Positions 25,208 to 37,857 are shown, counted from the stretch's first letter. The stretch: 64,000 nt of DNA from Camelus dromedarius (GCF_036321535.1 NC_087436.1:22446001-22510000); one strand, 5' to 3'. The notes: generated by a model from the sequence alone, not told the origin. Made by a program: numbers and translations.

Positions 25208-28200
25208 CTGCCAAGTAAAAAGAAAAGATGAGATTGGAAAGACTAAAATATGCCTTTCCTGTGAATATTACATCATTTGAACCATAGGGTGAGGTCTTGA
25301 GCCACAGAAATTTTGGCAAATTAATATCATATTAGGAAGAACTAGGGGAAAGAGAACTGGGAGATTTGGTACTGGCTGATTTTCCCTAGAGTGGATTCAG
25401 GACATTGAAAAAAAATAAGCATGTCTATCAGACCGTGAACTTCCTGCTTAGAGCCCTTCAGTGGGTTCTGGTCACCTACCCCAGCATGAAGTCCATGCCT
25501 CCCTGCACTGCACACAGGCTTGCGTTGTGCCTTACCTGCCTCCTTCACCTTTCCCACTACCTCAACAGTTATGCTTTGGGAACTCTGGGCTCATGACTGT
25601 AGCCCCCATGCACACATCAGGCTATTAGATGCCTCACTGCCTTTGTCTTTCTCTCTGCCTGCTCCACACTTCTAGTTTAGCTATTCCTACTCACGCTTAA
25701 GATTACTCAGGTGCTGTCTCCATTAGGAAGGCTCTTCTGAACCTGGGAGCTCCCAGGGCTGGACTAAATGTCCTGTCTCTACATTCTCAGAAGCCTTTGT
25801 TTAGACTCTCTCTCATGTTGCATCACGCATTATATTGATATTATGGAGTTTTATGCTTTCCATACCACTATTCTCTAGGCTTTTCCAAGAGTGCAAAGCT
25901 ATGTATTTTTGCTTCCCTAGCAGTTAGCATAAGGCTTGGCACATATATTCACCCACTCATTATTGGTTGAACTGAACTATTTGGGTGAATACCACAAATT
26001 GCTGTAATCCAAACACAGTTTCATGGATAACTTGAATATTCCAAATACAGTCATCAAAAATAAATTTTCCAGAGATCATCTGAACCATGAAAGCTGTACC
26101 AGCAAAAATCAAAATTAGATTTTCCATCCGTTAAGTGTTTGAAATTCAGATTCACCAAGATTTATCAAGCATGTACTCCATGCCAGGCACTGGCATATTC
26201 CATATAATGCTGTCCTATTTGATCCTGGCAATAATCATGTCAGAATGGAAGGCAGAGATGTCAAATGACTCATCTCAGTTGACATAATTGGTGAAATTCC
26301 CCGTGTCCAGGTCTTCTGACTGTGCAGTCCTGCCCATCCTTCTGCTGCATGTGTCACAATATGTCATGATGAGGATGACTATGAAAATGCTCACTAAGAG
26401 CCCCCCATTACTGACACTGCCATGAGTTATCTGTTGCATGGCTCAGTCTTTCAGTCACAGAGAGATAACATATCCCAAGAGTATTTCGAACATTAATCCA
26501 TTCATTTCAGAAATAGATCAAGTATTGAGTATATGCCAGCATTATTCTGGGAGTTTGAAAACGGTGCTATAAAGAACCCCAAATACCTGCCCCTTTGAAG
26601 CCGACATTCTATTAGGAAAAGGTAGACAATGTCCATCAGGTAAAATATGTAGCATGTCAGACAGTGAGACGTGCAGAGAAGGGGACAGGACATGCTGATG
26701 AGGGGGTGGGACTGCAACTGTGAAGAGGTGACATCACTGACAAGGTGACGTTTAAGCAAAGACCCAAAGCAGCCTGGCATTTTCAGGGAAACCCAGGTGT
26801 CCAGCCACACCAGCTCAGAGGCTCTGCTCTCTCAGTTGGGTCTCTGCCTGGACGACGTCCCCCCCCATCCTGAAGGCTTGTTCCCTCACGTCTTCGCTAA
26901 ATGTGAGCTTAGTAGGTAAACCTTCTCTACAGTAGCGCCCCAGCCCCCTTACCTGCCTCTTTCTTTGGCCACTGGACTTAATAAATACCTGGCTTATTAT
27001 TCATTTGCTTATTGATTGGTTTCTACATGCTTCTTCCTTTTGTAGGAGCTGGAACCACGTGTGGTTTTTTTCACTTCTGTTATCCTGAGGGCCTTCAGTG
27101 CAGCCTAAGGACTTGTTAATGAATTATTATGATGCCTTCTTTGTTTGTAAAACATTTTCTGTCCACTTTGCTTTGGCCACCAGTGTTTTGCCACGAAAGC
27201 CATGATCCTCCAGTCTCAGGGCCTTTATACACTGATGCCCCACCTGCCGGGGGGTCCCTCCTGCCGGGGGGTCCCTCATATTTGCGTGCCTGGAGCCCTA
27301 GACTGTTCATGTTGCCTGAGATGGCCCAAATTATCTCCAATTACTCCTATTTTCATTATTATCCTTTTGCAGCATGTACCTTCTCAGTATATAAGAAGAC
27401 AGACTCTGGAATGAAATGGCTGGGAGACCCCTGGCTCCCCATTTTACTAGCTGTGTGAATTGGAGGAAGACATTCAAGCTCCCAGTGCCCCAATCTCTTC
27501 AACCTTAAAACAGAAACAATAACTCAGTCACAGATTTATTGTGAGAGTTCCACAAATCACCTGGAAGACCAGGGTGTGGCTCAGAGTAACACCCCAGCAA
27601 CTGTGGATGCTCAGTGATGGTGTAACTGACGTCCCCCCACTGCACCTGGTGATCAACCCCTTGAGATCAGTCACCTGACCGTCTGGTTCACCCCTGTCGT
27701 TCCAGCACCGCGGCACACAGCCCAGAGCAGGCAGGCAAAGTGTGTTGAACAGATAAATCAATCAAAAAAAGTCCAGGAGTGTGGGCACGCAAGAGATGGT
27801 GCCACTTTTGGATGCCACTTGGCTGGAATTAACCCCCTCACCCGAGTGCCTCTTCAGAGGGTCTCCCTGTCTGTTACACCCAGCTAATGATTTCTCCCAA
27901 TCAGGCCAAGAACATCCAACGGGGCTCTGTACAATGTTGGCATAACTCACCTCTATAGAAGACAAACTGCTGTTTGCGAGGATGAGAAGGTTTTCTACTG
28001 TGTCAGTAATGTCCATATCCCTGGACTCCTGCGAAATAACGTGTAACTCCAGGAGAAAGCACTTCATCGCTGTTACTTTGCAACTGGGCTAAAAACAGAG
28101 TCACAAAGAACTATTTTGAAAAAAAAAGATTATTTCCCCGTTATTCAGTTTCACACAGATGCAGTTTTGATTTTTTAAAAAAGTCAATCAAACTATTTTA

Positions 28201-31200
28201 GGAAGAAACATAGCACCTTTAAGAAGTTTTATACAGGAAGCAGCTTGATATTTCGTTTTCTCTTTGAGCTTTGATATCAAAATCAAAACCAAAAACTGAT
28301 TAACAAAACAATGGGGAAGGATGGTGATATTGTGCAGAAGAAAGAGCACAAAACTAGAAAACATGGAAATAATAGGCCACTTTTTCCTCACTAAGCACAT
28401 TTCCTCTGTGTCAAAGGGTGACAGTACTGGCCCGAGACTCTCAAAATATTAACATAGATGGCCCATAAGGAAGAATTTTTTAGACTCTGATTGTATCGTT
28501 AACATTTTTTAAGTGGTAGCTGCTAATCATACGACCCCTGCAAATTCCAAAGTGCCAGAGGCGAACGTGATTCCAAGAAATTTCTTGGAAATATCAAAGC
28601 AGAAGTATGGCACAGGTTGGCCCTATCAGAAAGGGACATTTTACCACAAAAATACTCTTCCACAATGATTAACAAAAACTCTAAACTTAAAAGAAGCACT
28701 TAATGAGCATGTGGGGATTTAACCAGGACATGTCTGATTTTCTGTTCTCAACGCGGTGCGTGCACAGTGTCTGAGACTCCACAGGCGCTTAGCGAGTGCT
28801 CACTGAATGAATGGAGGAAGGAACACACCCACGTGCCTGGCTGTGGCAACACTCCTTCCCCCCCACAGGAGCTGCTCCAGACTGAAAGGGTGAATACCGT
28901 CCCCATGTCGATAATTAAATAAGAAATAAATACAGTAAAATAAATCATAAAACTGGGGCTCAGAAATATTTAGTGTCTTCCAAGGTAACAAAGCTAGGAA
29001 GTGGCTGAGTCAGGGTTTACATCTAAATTTCAAGCTCAGCTTCTTTCTATGACCCACACGTTGCAAAGTTATCTTCTTGCAGAAAAGCAGTCTCAGGGTT
29101 GTGAGTGTTGGTGGTTAATTGATTGCTTTCTACTTTGAAGAAAATGCAAAGAAAAAGTGGAAGACATGTTGAAGCCAAAAGAGGGAGACACTTTCGACGT
29201 GGAGCAGCACTGTCTAAGTGGATGATGGATATCTGTTTTTTTCTAATTTCTGGCTGTGGCTTCTTTCCAATGCTCAGAAAGTCTTGGTAGAGCAAAACCT
29301 TCTATTTAAGAGAAATTCTAACTGAGGAGTAACAGAGCAAGGACTCTGTCCTGAATGCACACAACATAAAGTTTGTTTTCCAAGAGGTGAAGAAGTCAGG
29401 GATTTGTTCCTTGGTCTTTAGTAACTAATCCAGAAGGAAAGGACTAGCAATAGGACTGAAATCCTGCATGCTTTAGGCAATGTCAGCATATTAATGAAAC
29501 AAATTCAAGATCATTTTTGAATTCGGGTAGTTTCTGTTGGTCTTGTTTGTTTCTTTTCTCACATAGAGACTAACCAGTCAAAACCCTTTTCTGACAATTG
29601 TAGAAATTCAGGCAAAATGTAGAGCATGAGTGCATTCAAGTAATTTGTAGAAAATATGATTAAAAGTAATATGCTACAGCACTGGAAACAACCGATATGT
29701 TGAATACTTTTAAACTGAATGAGTTAACTTGATTCTTGCATTTAATTGCATCGTGATCTAATTGCATCACAGAGATGTATACATTTTGTTTGACACTGAT
29801 GGAAAAAGCTTTTTTATATTTTTGATTTGGCAATGATGCTATAATGAAAACAGCATCTACGTAACTCTTTGTCCCCATGTCCCATAACCTCAATAATTAC
29901 ATATAAAATTCCTTGACCGTATGTTGTAAGAACACACCAAAAGTTAGATTTAAAAACTACACTATTTCAGTAAACTTAAGAAAATATACTTCTTATGCTT
30001 TTGAACACTGGAAAATAATAACAATATTGAAAATAAACTATACTCACATGAGCATCACTTTCAGTATATAAAGTGGCATCCATATGTATAGACTGAAAGG
30101 GAACAAAATTAGGTAATATGAAAAACTATGCTTTGCTATAGATGCAGTAACAACAACCCACTGAAAACATTCAATTATGCTTTTTAAATTGAATTCCTTA
30201 TTTTGGGATAATTTAGATTCATATGGAAATATAAAAGAAAATACAGAGAGGTCCTGTGTACTCCTTCACCATCTGCCCTAGTAATGATGTCCTGCATAAC
30301 ACAGTGCAACATCACAACCGGGAAACTGACATGGATATGACCCACCCACTTTGTTCAGATTTCACCATTTTACATCACTAGTGTGTGTGTGCACGCGTGC
30401 GTGTATAGCTCTACACAATTTCATCAGATGTGTAAATCCATGTAACCACTCCCACAGTTAAGATACAGAACAGTCCCATCCCATAAGAATCCTCTTGCTA
30501 CACTTTCATCCCCCAAATCACCTTCCTCCTGAAACACTCCCCCCTACCCCTCATCCTTCTAATCCCTGGCAACCACTTCTCTGCTCTCCATCCCTATGAT
30601 ATCATTCTGAGAATGTTCTATAAAAGGAATCATACAGTATGTAACCTTGCAAAACTGGCTTTTTGAAAAAATAGACTACTTTTAAGTAATTGTAGGTTTA
30701 CAGAACACGAGCAGAAAGTACAGAAAGTTCCCAACGTCCCCTTGCCCCCGCTTCAGGTTTCCCTTATTATTAATATCTTGCTTTAGTATGGGACATCTAT
30801 CACAAATGATAAGTTAATATTGATACATTTTCAACTAAAGTCTATAGATTACATTAGGGTTCACTCTTGGTGTTGAACATGCACATTTTTTAACAAATGT
30901 GTAATGACATGCATCGACCATCATAGTAACATACGGAACAGTTTCACTGCCCTAAAAAATCACCTGTGCTTCATCTTTTCTCCCTTCCCCCTCCCCTTAC
31001 GCCTGGAAACCACTAATGATTTTCAGAAGGTCATACAGTTGGAATCACAGAGTATGTAGCCTTTTTTGATTGGCTTCTTTCACCTAGCGATATGCTTTCA
31101 AGGTTCCTCCAAATCTTTTCATGGCTAAATAGCTCATTCCTTTTTATCACTGAGTAATACACCATTTTATGGACATACTACAGTTTTGTTTAATCCAGAC

Positions 31201-34200
31201 TGGTTTTTTGTCCACACAGCACAACACTGCGGAGATCCCTACAACTTGTTGTGAGTATCAGTAATTTGTTCCTTATTATTGCTCAGTATGATTGTGTGAT
31301 ATAATGTACCCAAGCTTCACTGTTGGAGGACATGTGAGTTATTTCTAGTTTTTAGTTATTATAAATAAAGTTCTATGAACATTCATGGGCGTGTTTTTGT
31401 GTGAATACAAGTTTTCATTTCTCTGATATAAATGTTCAAGAGTGCAACTGTTAGATCATATGTCAAATGCATGCTTTGTATTGTAAGAAACAGCCAAACT
31501 ATTTAGAGCAGCCGTACAATTTTACATTCTCACCAGCAATACATAAGTGATTCAGTTCCTCCACATCCTTGCCAGCATTTGGTATTACTGATACCTTTCA
31601 TTTTAAATATTTTTATAGGTGCACTGTGATATGTCATCATGGTTTTAATTTTCATTCTTTAAGTAAAATATAACCATTTATTGGTACCTTCTCCCAAAAA
31701 ACACTTAAAGTGATTTATAATTTCTTCCTTTCTAATCTGCATACCTATGATTTATTTTTCTTGCCTTAAGCCTTTTATTTCTTTTTTCTTGCCTTGCCAA
31801 TTGAGCTAAAGTTCCAATAGTATGTTGAATAAGGGTGATGAGAGAAGGCATCCTTGCCTTGTTTCCAATTTTAGGGGAAAAGCATTCAGTCTTTTCCCAT
31901 TAAGTATGATATCAGCTCTAGGTTTTTTGTGCATCCTCAATATCAAGCCGAAGAAGTTCCCCTCTAGCCCTTGTTTGCTGAGAAATTTTAGTATGAATAA
32001 ATGCTGCATATTTAAAATGTTTTTTCTGCATAATTGATATGCTCATATGATTACCTACTTCAGCCTGTAGATTTGGTGGATTACATTGATTGACTTTCAA
32101 ATACTGAACAGGTCTTGCACACCTGGAACAAAATCCACTTGTTCATGGTGTATAATTCTTTCAGTGCACTGGTGGATTTGATTTGCTAATGTTGTGGAGA
32201 ATTTCTGCATCTAAGTTCATTAGCGGTATTTGTAGCTTTCTTTTTTGGTCCTGTCTTTCTCTGGCTTTTACCTTCAGGGTAACACCTGCCTCCAACAATG
32301 AGTTGGAAAGTGTTCTCTATTCTTCTGTTTTTAAAAGAGAATGTGTGAAACTCATGTTAACTCTTCTTTAAATGTTTGGTAGAATGCTCCAGTGAAACCA
32401 GCTGTCCTGAAGATTCTTTCTTGGGAGTTTATAATATGGTGGATTCAAGGTCTTTAGTGATTATAGGAGTTTTTGGATTATCTACTTCATCTGTGTTACA
32501 TTTTGGTAGTTTCTGGTTTTTGAGGAATTGCTCCATTTCCTCTAAATTATCAAATTTACAAGAGTAAAGTTGTTCGTAGATTTTCTTTATCATCCTTTTA
32601 ATGGTTGTAAGTTCTGGAGTCACAGACCTCAATTTCAGTCCTGATACTAATGGCACGTGTCATCTCTTCTGTCTGAGTCAGGTTTGCTAGAGGTTTATCA
32701 ACTTTATTGATTTTTTTCCCCAAATAATGAGCTTTATGTTTCATTGATTTCTCTCTATTGTTTTCTTGATTTCAATTTCATTAATTTTTATTCTTATCTT
32801 TATTGCTTCCTTCCTTCTGCAAGTTTTGGGTTTATTTGGCTCTTCTTCTTCCAGTTTCTTGAGGCAATAACTTAGATTGGTGATCTGAGATCTTCTCTCT
32901 TTTCTAATGTAACCATTTCATTTTATAAACTTCCCACTCAGCAAAGCTTTAGCTAAATCCCACAAATCTTCATATGTTGTTTTTTCGTTTTCATTCAGTT
33001 CTATGTATTTTTTAAAATATCCTTTGAGACTTACTCTTTTCCTAGGGAATATTTATAAGGGTATCACTTAATTTGCAAGTATTTGGAGATTTTCCTGTTG
33101 CATTTATGCAATTTGACTTTTCTTTGATTCCACTGTGATTAAATAACATGTTCTGCATGATTTCAGTTCTCATAAATTTGTTGGAGTTTGTTTTATGGCC
33201 CAAGATCTGTCCAGTCTTGATGAAAGACACCTGAAAAAGCATTTATTCACTGTTGTTGGTGAAGTGTTATCTATGGAAATTAGACATTGTTGATGGATTG
33301 TGTTGTCCAGTGCTTCTACACCCTTTCTGATTTTCTGGCTGGTAGTTCTATTCATTACTGAGGAGGTGGTAAAGTCCTCAACTGTATTTGTGGATTCACC
33401 TGTTTCTCCTTTCAGTCTTACTAGTTTTTGCTTCCTGCATTTGAGGCGCTGCCGTGTGGTGGGTACGCATTTAAGATCATTTATGTTTTCCTGGTGGATT
33501 CATCTTTTACCATGACGTAATGTCCCTTTGGACTCTAATAATTTTATTTGCTGTGAAGTCGACATGATCGGCTATGAATAGAGCCACTTCTGATTTTCAA
33601 AATTATCGTGTCCGTGTGTCTCAGCTTCCTAGAGCCACTGTAGCAAAGGATCCCAAAGTGGGTGTCTTCAGACAACTACAGTCTATTCTCCTACAGTTCA
33701 AAGCCAAGGAGTCACCTGGGCCCACTCCCTCTGGAGGCTCTAGAGAACTGTCCTTCCTTAGGTCTCTCAAACCCCCTGCAGCCCCTGGTGATGCCTGGCC
33801 TTCGTTGGCTTGTAGCTGCGTCCGTTTCCACAGGCCCTTCTTCCCTGTGAGTGCCCGTGTGTCCTGTCCTCTTCTTATGAGGACACTAGTCATTAGATTT
33901 AGGCCCAACCCCCCCTACCCCAGTATAAGCTCACCTTGACCAATTATATTTGCAAAGACACCCATTTCCAAATAAGATCCCATTCTGAGGTTCTTGGTGG
34001 GCATGAATTTGGGGGGGGGTACTAATACAACATGGCACATTCTTCTCTCTTCTTTTCAACCAACCTTTGTCATTATATATTTTGAAATGAATTCCTTGTA
34101 AGCAGCATAAAGTTGGTTTGCATTTTGTTCTCAATTTGGCCAGCCTCTCTGTCTTTTATTTGTATTCTTTTCCTCCTCTCCTTCTGGGATGCTAATGCTA

Positions 34201-37200
34201 GGAATGCTGGAGCTTTTATTGTCCCAAAGATCCCTGAGGCTTTATGTACTTTTTTTTCAGTCTGTTTTTTCTCCCTTGTTCTATCCTCAAGCTGACTGTC
34301 TTTCCTCTGTCATAATCATTCTAATGAGCCTCTTCAGTTTGTTTTATATTTCAGTGATTGTCTTTTTTAGTTCTGTAATTTCCATTCGGTTCCTTTTACA
34401 TATTGTATTTCTTTGCTAAGACTTTCTATTTTGCTTTCCAGTTGTATTCGTAATTGCTTGCTGGCACATCTTCCTGATGGCTGCTTTAAAATCCTTGTCA
34501 AATAATTCCAGCATCTGATCCATCTCAGTTTCAGAGCCTGTTTCAGAGTCTCTTCTCCTTGAAGTTGTGATTTTTTTCCTGCTTCTTGATATGAAAAGTG
34601 ATTTTCCACTGTATTCCGGTATTTGGGATATTATGTTAGGAGACCCCGGTCCTATTTGAATCTTCTCTTTTAGCATGTGGCCACCCTGGGCAGGCTTAGC
34701 ACCTTGGCACGGGCTCTGACCTATGTTTGTATGCCTGCGAGTCCAACGACGGTTTGGTTTTCAGAATCTTCGTGACGTTAATTTGGAAGGCTCGGTTCAC
34801 CTGCTGCCCCCGGGACTCCCACTGGTCCCATTGTGTCACCCACACAATAACGTGGCCCCTGTTCTCTCCTCTCCGCACTTTCTGCCAGGCCAGCTGGTGT
34901 CTCCAGGTGGGAGAGGGGTTCCTAACCCACAGAGCAGAAAGCCCTCTCCTGGGTCACCCCATTCTCCCTACAAGCACAACCAAGCCATCTGGTTTCTCTG
35001 GCAGGAGCAGGGAGTCTCCCTGGCCTGTGGGGACAGAGAGCTCGCCATGCTGGGCACTCATAAATTGAGTTTTAAAGATAATTACGATCTGAAAATTCTA
35101 AGTAAAAGATTTCATTTGAGGCTCACAGATTCTACAAAAAGATTATTGTTCCAAGGGAGACTTCACTAAGACTGACGGCAAGATACGGGGAGGCACATAC
35201 TCCATAGCAATTACACCAGATATTTTATGGAAAAATGAGTACTCACTTGAATAAGATTTTCGATTCTTTTCAGATCACTTATTACATACTGCCAGTTTGC
35301 TTCTGTTTTAGGAAGACCCGCACTGATACAGCTGAAAGAGAAATCAAAGAGCAGAGCATCGTGAATGAACACAATACTGTCCTGATGAATACACAGGAGA
35401 CTTTTTTTATTCTGACAAGTGATAAAACGAGCACCGTCCTCCCCTGTGTGCACTCAACAGCCTTGTAGGTGAGGATGAACACCGAACACGCCGGACAGCT
35501 TTGATGCGGCAGGCCAGCCTCACGACCAACCCGGATTAGAGAAAGGCCTAATTTGGAGGGATCACTTCTACATAACCTGGTGCAGTTTATCACAGTGAGA
35601 TAAAAACAGTGCTGAGAGTGTGGCAGTACTTAGTAAATGTTTTTGCACAAATTACTCCTTTAAGTACAATTCCCATCAGACTTTTAAGTCTAATGAATGG
35701 GTAATAACCTCAAAATAAGCAATAATCTTTCTTATGTAATGATTCTGACAATAAATGCTCTTTACAGTCGGTTCAATATGCCCCTTCCAGGCTCCCGGTA
35801 GTGCTTTCCCCATAAATATTACGGATTTGAGCCTAATCTAGCCCTGTAACTAGATCATACAACTTACTCATCTTGGTAAAACAGAAAGTTAGTATCCGAA
35901 CAAAAGACACTTACACTGACCAAGTGTCAGTGGAATAACTTTTAGAGCTTCAGGAAAAACAGTCCCTTCCTGGCAGATCCCGTACAGAAGCACGAGAGCC
36001 AACGCTGATCTTCCTCGCTAGGAGGGTTTCCCTGCACAAGTCTCTGGCTCTCCACAGCACGAAGGCATTAGCAGAGTAAAACAGAACTGAGAGTGAGACT
36101 ACATAACTACAGGTTGGGTGCTTTGGGCCCACTGAGCGCAGTGTATTAGTTGCATCTAACAGAGAAGAAAAAAGTTAACAGGCATGGAAAAATACGAATG
36201 TTTATTAAGAGGAAAGACAAAAGGTCCAAAGAACGAAGGACATGTTTTAAACTGAACTAGGATCGGGCTCAGAGGACAGAAGTCAGTGTCAGGAACAGAT
36301 AAAAAAGGAATGTGGTTGAGCCCTAAAGACCTATTGTTTTACTGCTGTGAAAATCCTACAGGATGTAACAGAGTGTACTTCCAAGTTCAGTTATATACCA
36401 AGAGGTCTAATGTATTTGCAGGATATAACACTCATTTGGAATATTACAAGAATATAGAAATGCTCTGTGTGATGTTTACTCAACCTCCCCTGGGTCCCCA
36501 TAATCTGACCCCTCTCACACCCCAAATACTGAGTACCTAAGGATTTAAGCAAATGGAACATAAACAAATTTAGCAGAGAAGATATTGAAGAACAATGATC
36601 ATGGCCATGAACACGATGTTACTTATGCTGTAAGATAAAATTACCCCAAAATGAAGACATGAATGCCAGCCTCAGTTAAAAAATGACTGTTCAGAAGTAA
36701 ACACAAGTAGCAATGGATAGAAGAACTTCTCAAATACGGTTTCTGAAAAATATAATCACAGACAAAGTGGTTACATTTTTTTAGTTAAAAAAATGAGATT
36801 TAAAATAAGACTTTATCATATTGTTTAGGTTCCAAAATGTAAATGTATCATAGTTTCAGAATGAATATTCCTTATCAGAATTAATGAAATTAGAGTATCT
36901 TTTTTCCTTTCTTCCACACCTTCAGCTCTGTCTCTTATGTGCAAAATTCTTTAAAACATATTTCTCCAGATGCATTTCAATGACAATAATTTAAAGAAAA
37001 TATACATATTTACTAATTTACATATATGCTGATATCATCACTTAATTTGCTCCTATCATCCTTAACCTCCTTCTCATCCTTCTTTCCTTTTTAATTGTCC
37101 AAACTATTTCATACAGCACAGATTAATAACATGAATTACTAATACAGGTGTACTAGTTATCTAGTAATTTCATGCAACGATATGAAAATTATATATTAAT

Positions 37201-37770
37201 ATAATTTAAAGAAAAACTGGATAGAAATGGAACGAACTAAAGACTCTATGCCATCCTAAAAGCCAATATATAATAATTTTTCTGAGTGATTTAGGAAAGT
37301 CACTTATCTTAGCCCTTCCCAGAGTTTCGATACTTCTGCCTGCCTCTTTCAAGCTGTCAAGGCCTTTATAGTTTGAGAGTGCAGCATGGATTTAACCACT
37401 TAACCACTAAGAACCTGTGACTCATGAAGTCTACACTGAATGGATGAATCACACATACCCAGGCCTCGTCTTCAGAGACTACACAACCTACTGAGTAAAT
37501 AAGCATTTAAACAACAAAATAGGATGAGATACGTGAAATAATACATCTACCAGAACATGAAGAGCACAGCAGGGTGTTAAGAGACTTTAAAAACCTATTT
37601 GATTTATTTTCAAAATAAGAACAATCCACAGGTGAACTGACATCTGTGACATTTCAAGAGCTTCAGAGAAGAGCCTCCTAACTTGTTGCAAAATCTCTGA
37701 GATACAAGGGACCTTTTAAGAAAAGTCCACATACCATCTTCATCTAATTTTTTCTTACCGAAATTCTCAT
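25097..37770 (-). CDS. IL15: Interleukin-15 precursor, long signal peptide form, 162 aa; complement(join(25097..25207,27951..28088,30048..30092,35247..35331,36645..36742,37759..37770))
   Basis: Manual splicing gives 489 nt: [48 protein letters not shown] (48-aa leader) + [114 protein letters not shown]. All five introns are GT-AG. Four mature Cys (35, 42, 85, 88) are present and exon sizes match the recalled IL15 structure. Confidence 0.98.
25600..25980 (+). mobile_element. L2 3' fragment in the last IL15 intron
   Basis: ctattcctactca...ctccattaggaaggctcttctga and cttggcacata motifs. Confidence 0.55.
26500..27125. mobile_element. Two L2 fragments in opposite orientation
   Basis: attcatttc...aagtattgagtatatgccag (minus) then cctggacgacgtcccc...ttgttaatgaat (plus). 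Confidence 0.55.
27951..28088 (-). CDS. IL15: IL15 coding exon (exon 7 equivalent), [15 protein letters not shown]...[10 protein letters not shown]
   Basis: tttttag|CCC ... GAG|gtgagt, 138 nt; overlaps ORF-track ORF 27762..28067. Confidence 0.98.
30048..30092 (-). CDS. IL15: IL15 coding exon (exon 6 equivalent), [15 protein letters not shown]
   Basis: cctttcag|TCT ... CAT|gtgagt, 45 nt. Confidence 0.97.
30665..31198 (-). mobile_element. Second L1 3' UTR (L1MC-like) nested in the first
   Basis: Flanked by actggcttttt (30654-30664) / actggtttttt (31199-31209). Confidence 0.75.
33615..34039 (-). mobile_element. MaLR LTR (MLT1-like) inserted in the L1
   Basis: ccctctggaggctctagagaa, cttcttatgaggacactagtcattagatttaggccca and ttgcaaagacacccatttccaaataagatc motifs. 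Confidence 0.85.
35247..35331 (-). CDS. IL15: IL15 coding exon (exon 5 equivalent), [28 protein letters not shown]
   Basis: ctctttcag|C TGT ... CAA|gtgagt, 85 nt; lies within ORF-track ORF 35211..35453. Confidence 0.98.
36032..36155 (-). other. Vestigial homologue of human IL15 alternative exon 4a (short signal peptide exon)
   Basis: ttctctgttag|ATGCAACTAATAC...GCCCAAAGCACCCAACCTGTAG...CTAATGCCTTCGTG...GACTTGTGCAG|ggaaac closely resembles recalled human exon 4a, but has GTG at the ATG position and GG at the donor. Confidence 0.75.
36645..36742 (-). CDS. IL15: IL15 coding exon (exon 4 equivalent), signal peptide [33 protein letters not shown]
   Basis: tttttcag|AAA CCG ... TTG GG|gtaa, 98 nt. 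Confidence 0.97.
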
Positions 37771-37857
37771 TACTCAATGGCAGGGTAACTCCTTAAGTAT
37801 TGAAGAAGAGCTGGCTAGGGCAATGGGTTTCCAGCAGCCATCCATCCAGAGTACTTC
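37759..37857 (-). CDS. IL15: IL15 start-codon exon (human exon 3 equivalent): 5' UTR plus MRIS (coding 37759-37770)
   Basis: The minus strand reads GAGTA ATG AGA ATT TCG|gtaag. The acceptor is probably ttgtag|G at 37857; an alternative ttaacag| at 37885 is possible. Confidence 0.9.
37774..37845 (-). promoter_or_regulatory. uORF (23 aa, MDGCWKPIALASSSSILKELPCH*) in the IL15 5' UTR; second nested uORF 37815-37841 (MAAGNPLP*)
   Basis: Read directly: ATG GAT GGC ... CAT TGA GTA ATG AGA. Confidence 0.8.

Larger units (their letters stand above)
30180..35050 (-). mobile_element. Long old L1 (L1MB/MC-like), fragmentary 5' region to 3' UTR, filling the IL15 intron in the gene's sense orientation
   Basis: Minus-strand ORFs resemble ORF2: 31806..32009 ([30 protein letters not shown]), 32429..32656 ([19 protein letters not shown]) and 33042..33242. 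ORF1-like pieces lie at 34367..34676. Confidence 0.9.

Noticed and set aside
34723..35169. 148-aa plus-strand ORF antisense to IL15
   Set aside because: It overlaps the GC-richer L1 5' region and has no recognisable domain, so it is likely a chance ORF.
35332..35453. Reading frame open for about 40 codons upstream of the 85-nt IL15 exon, a possible alternative leader
   Set aside because: It starts at GTG with no in-frame ATG, and the region is intron with a normal polypyrimidine tract.
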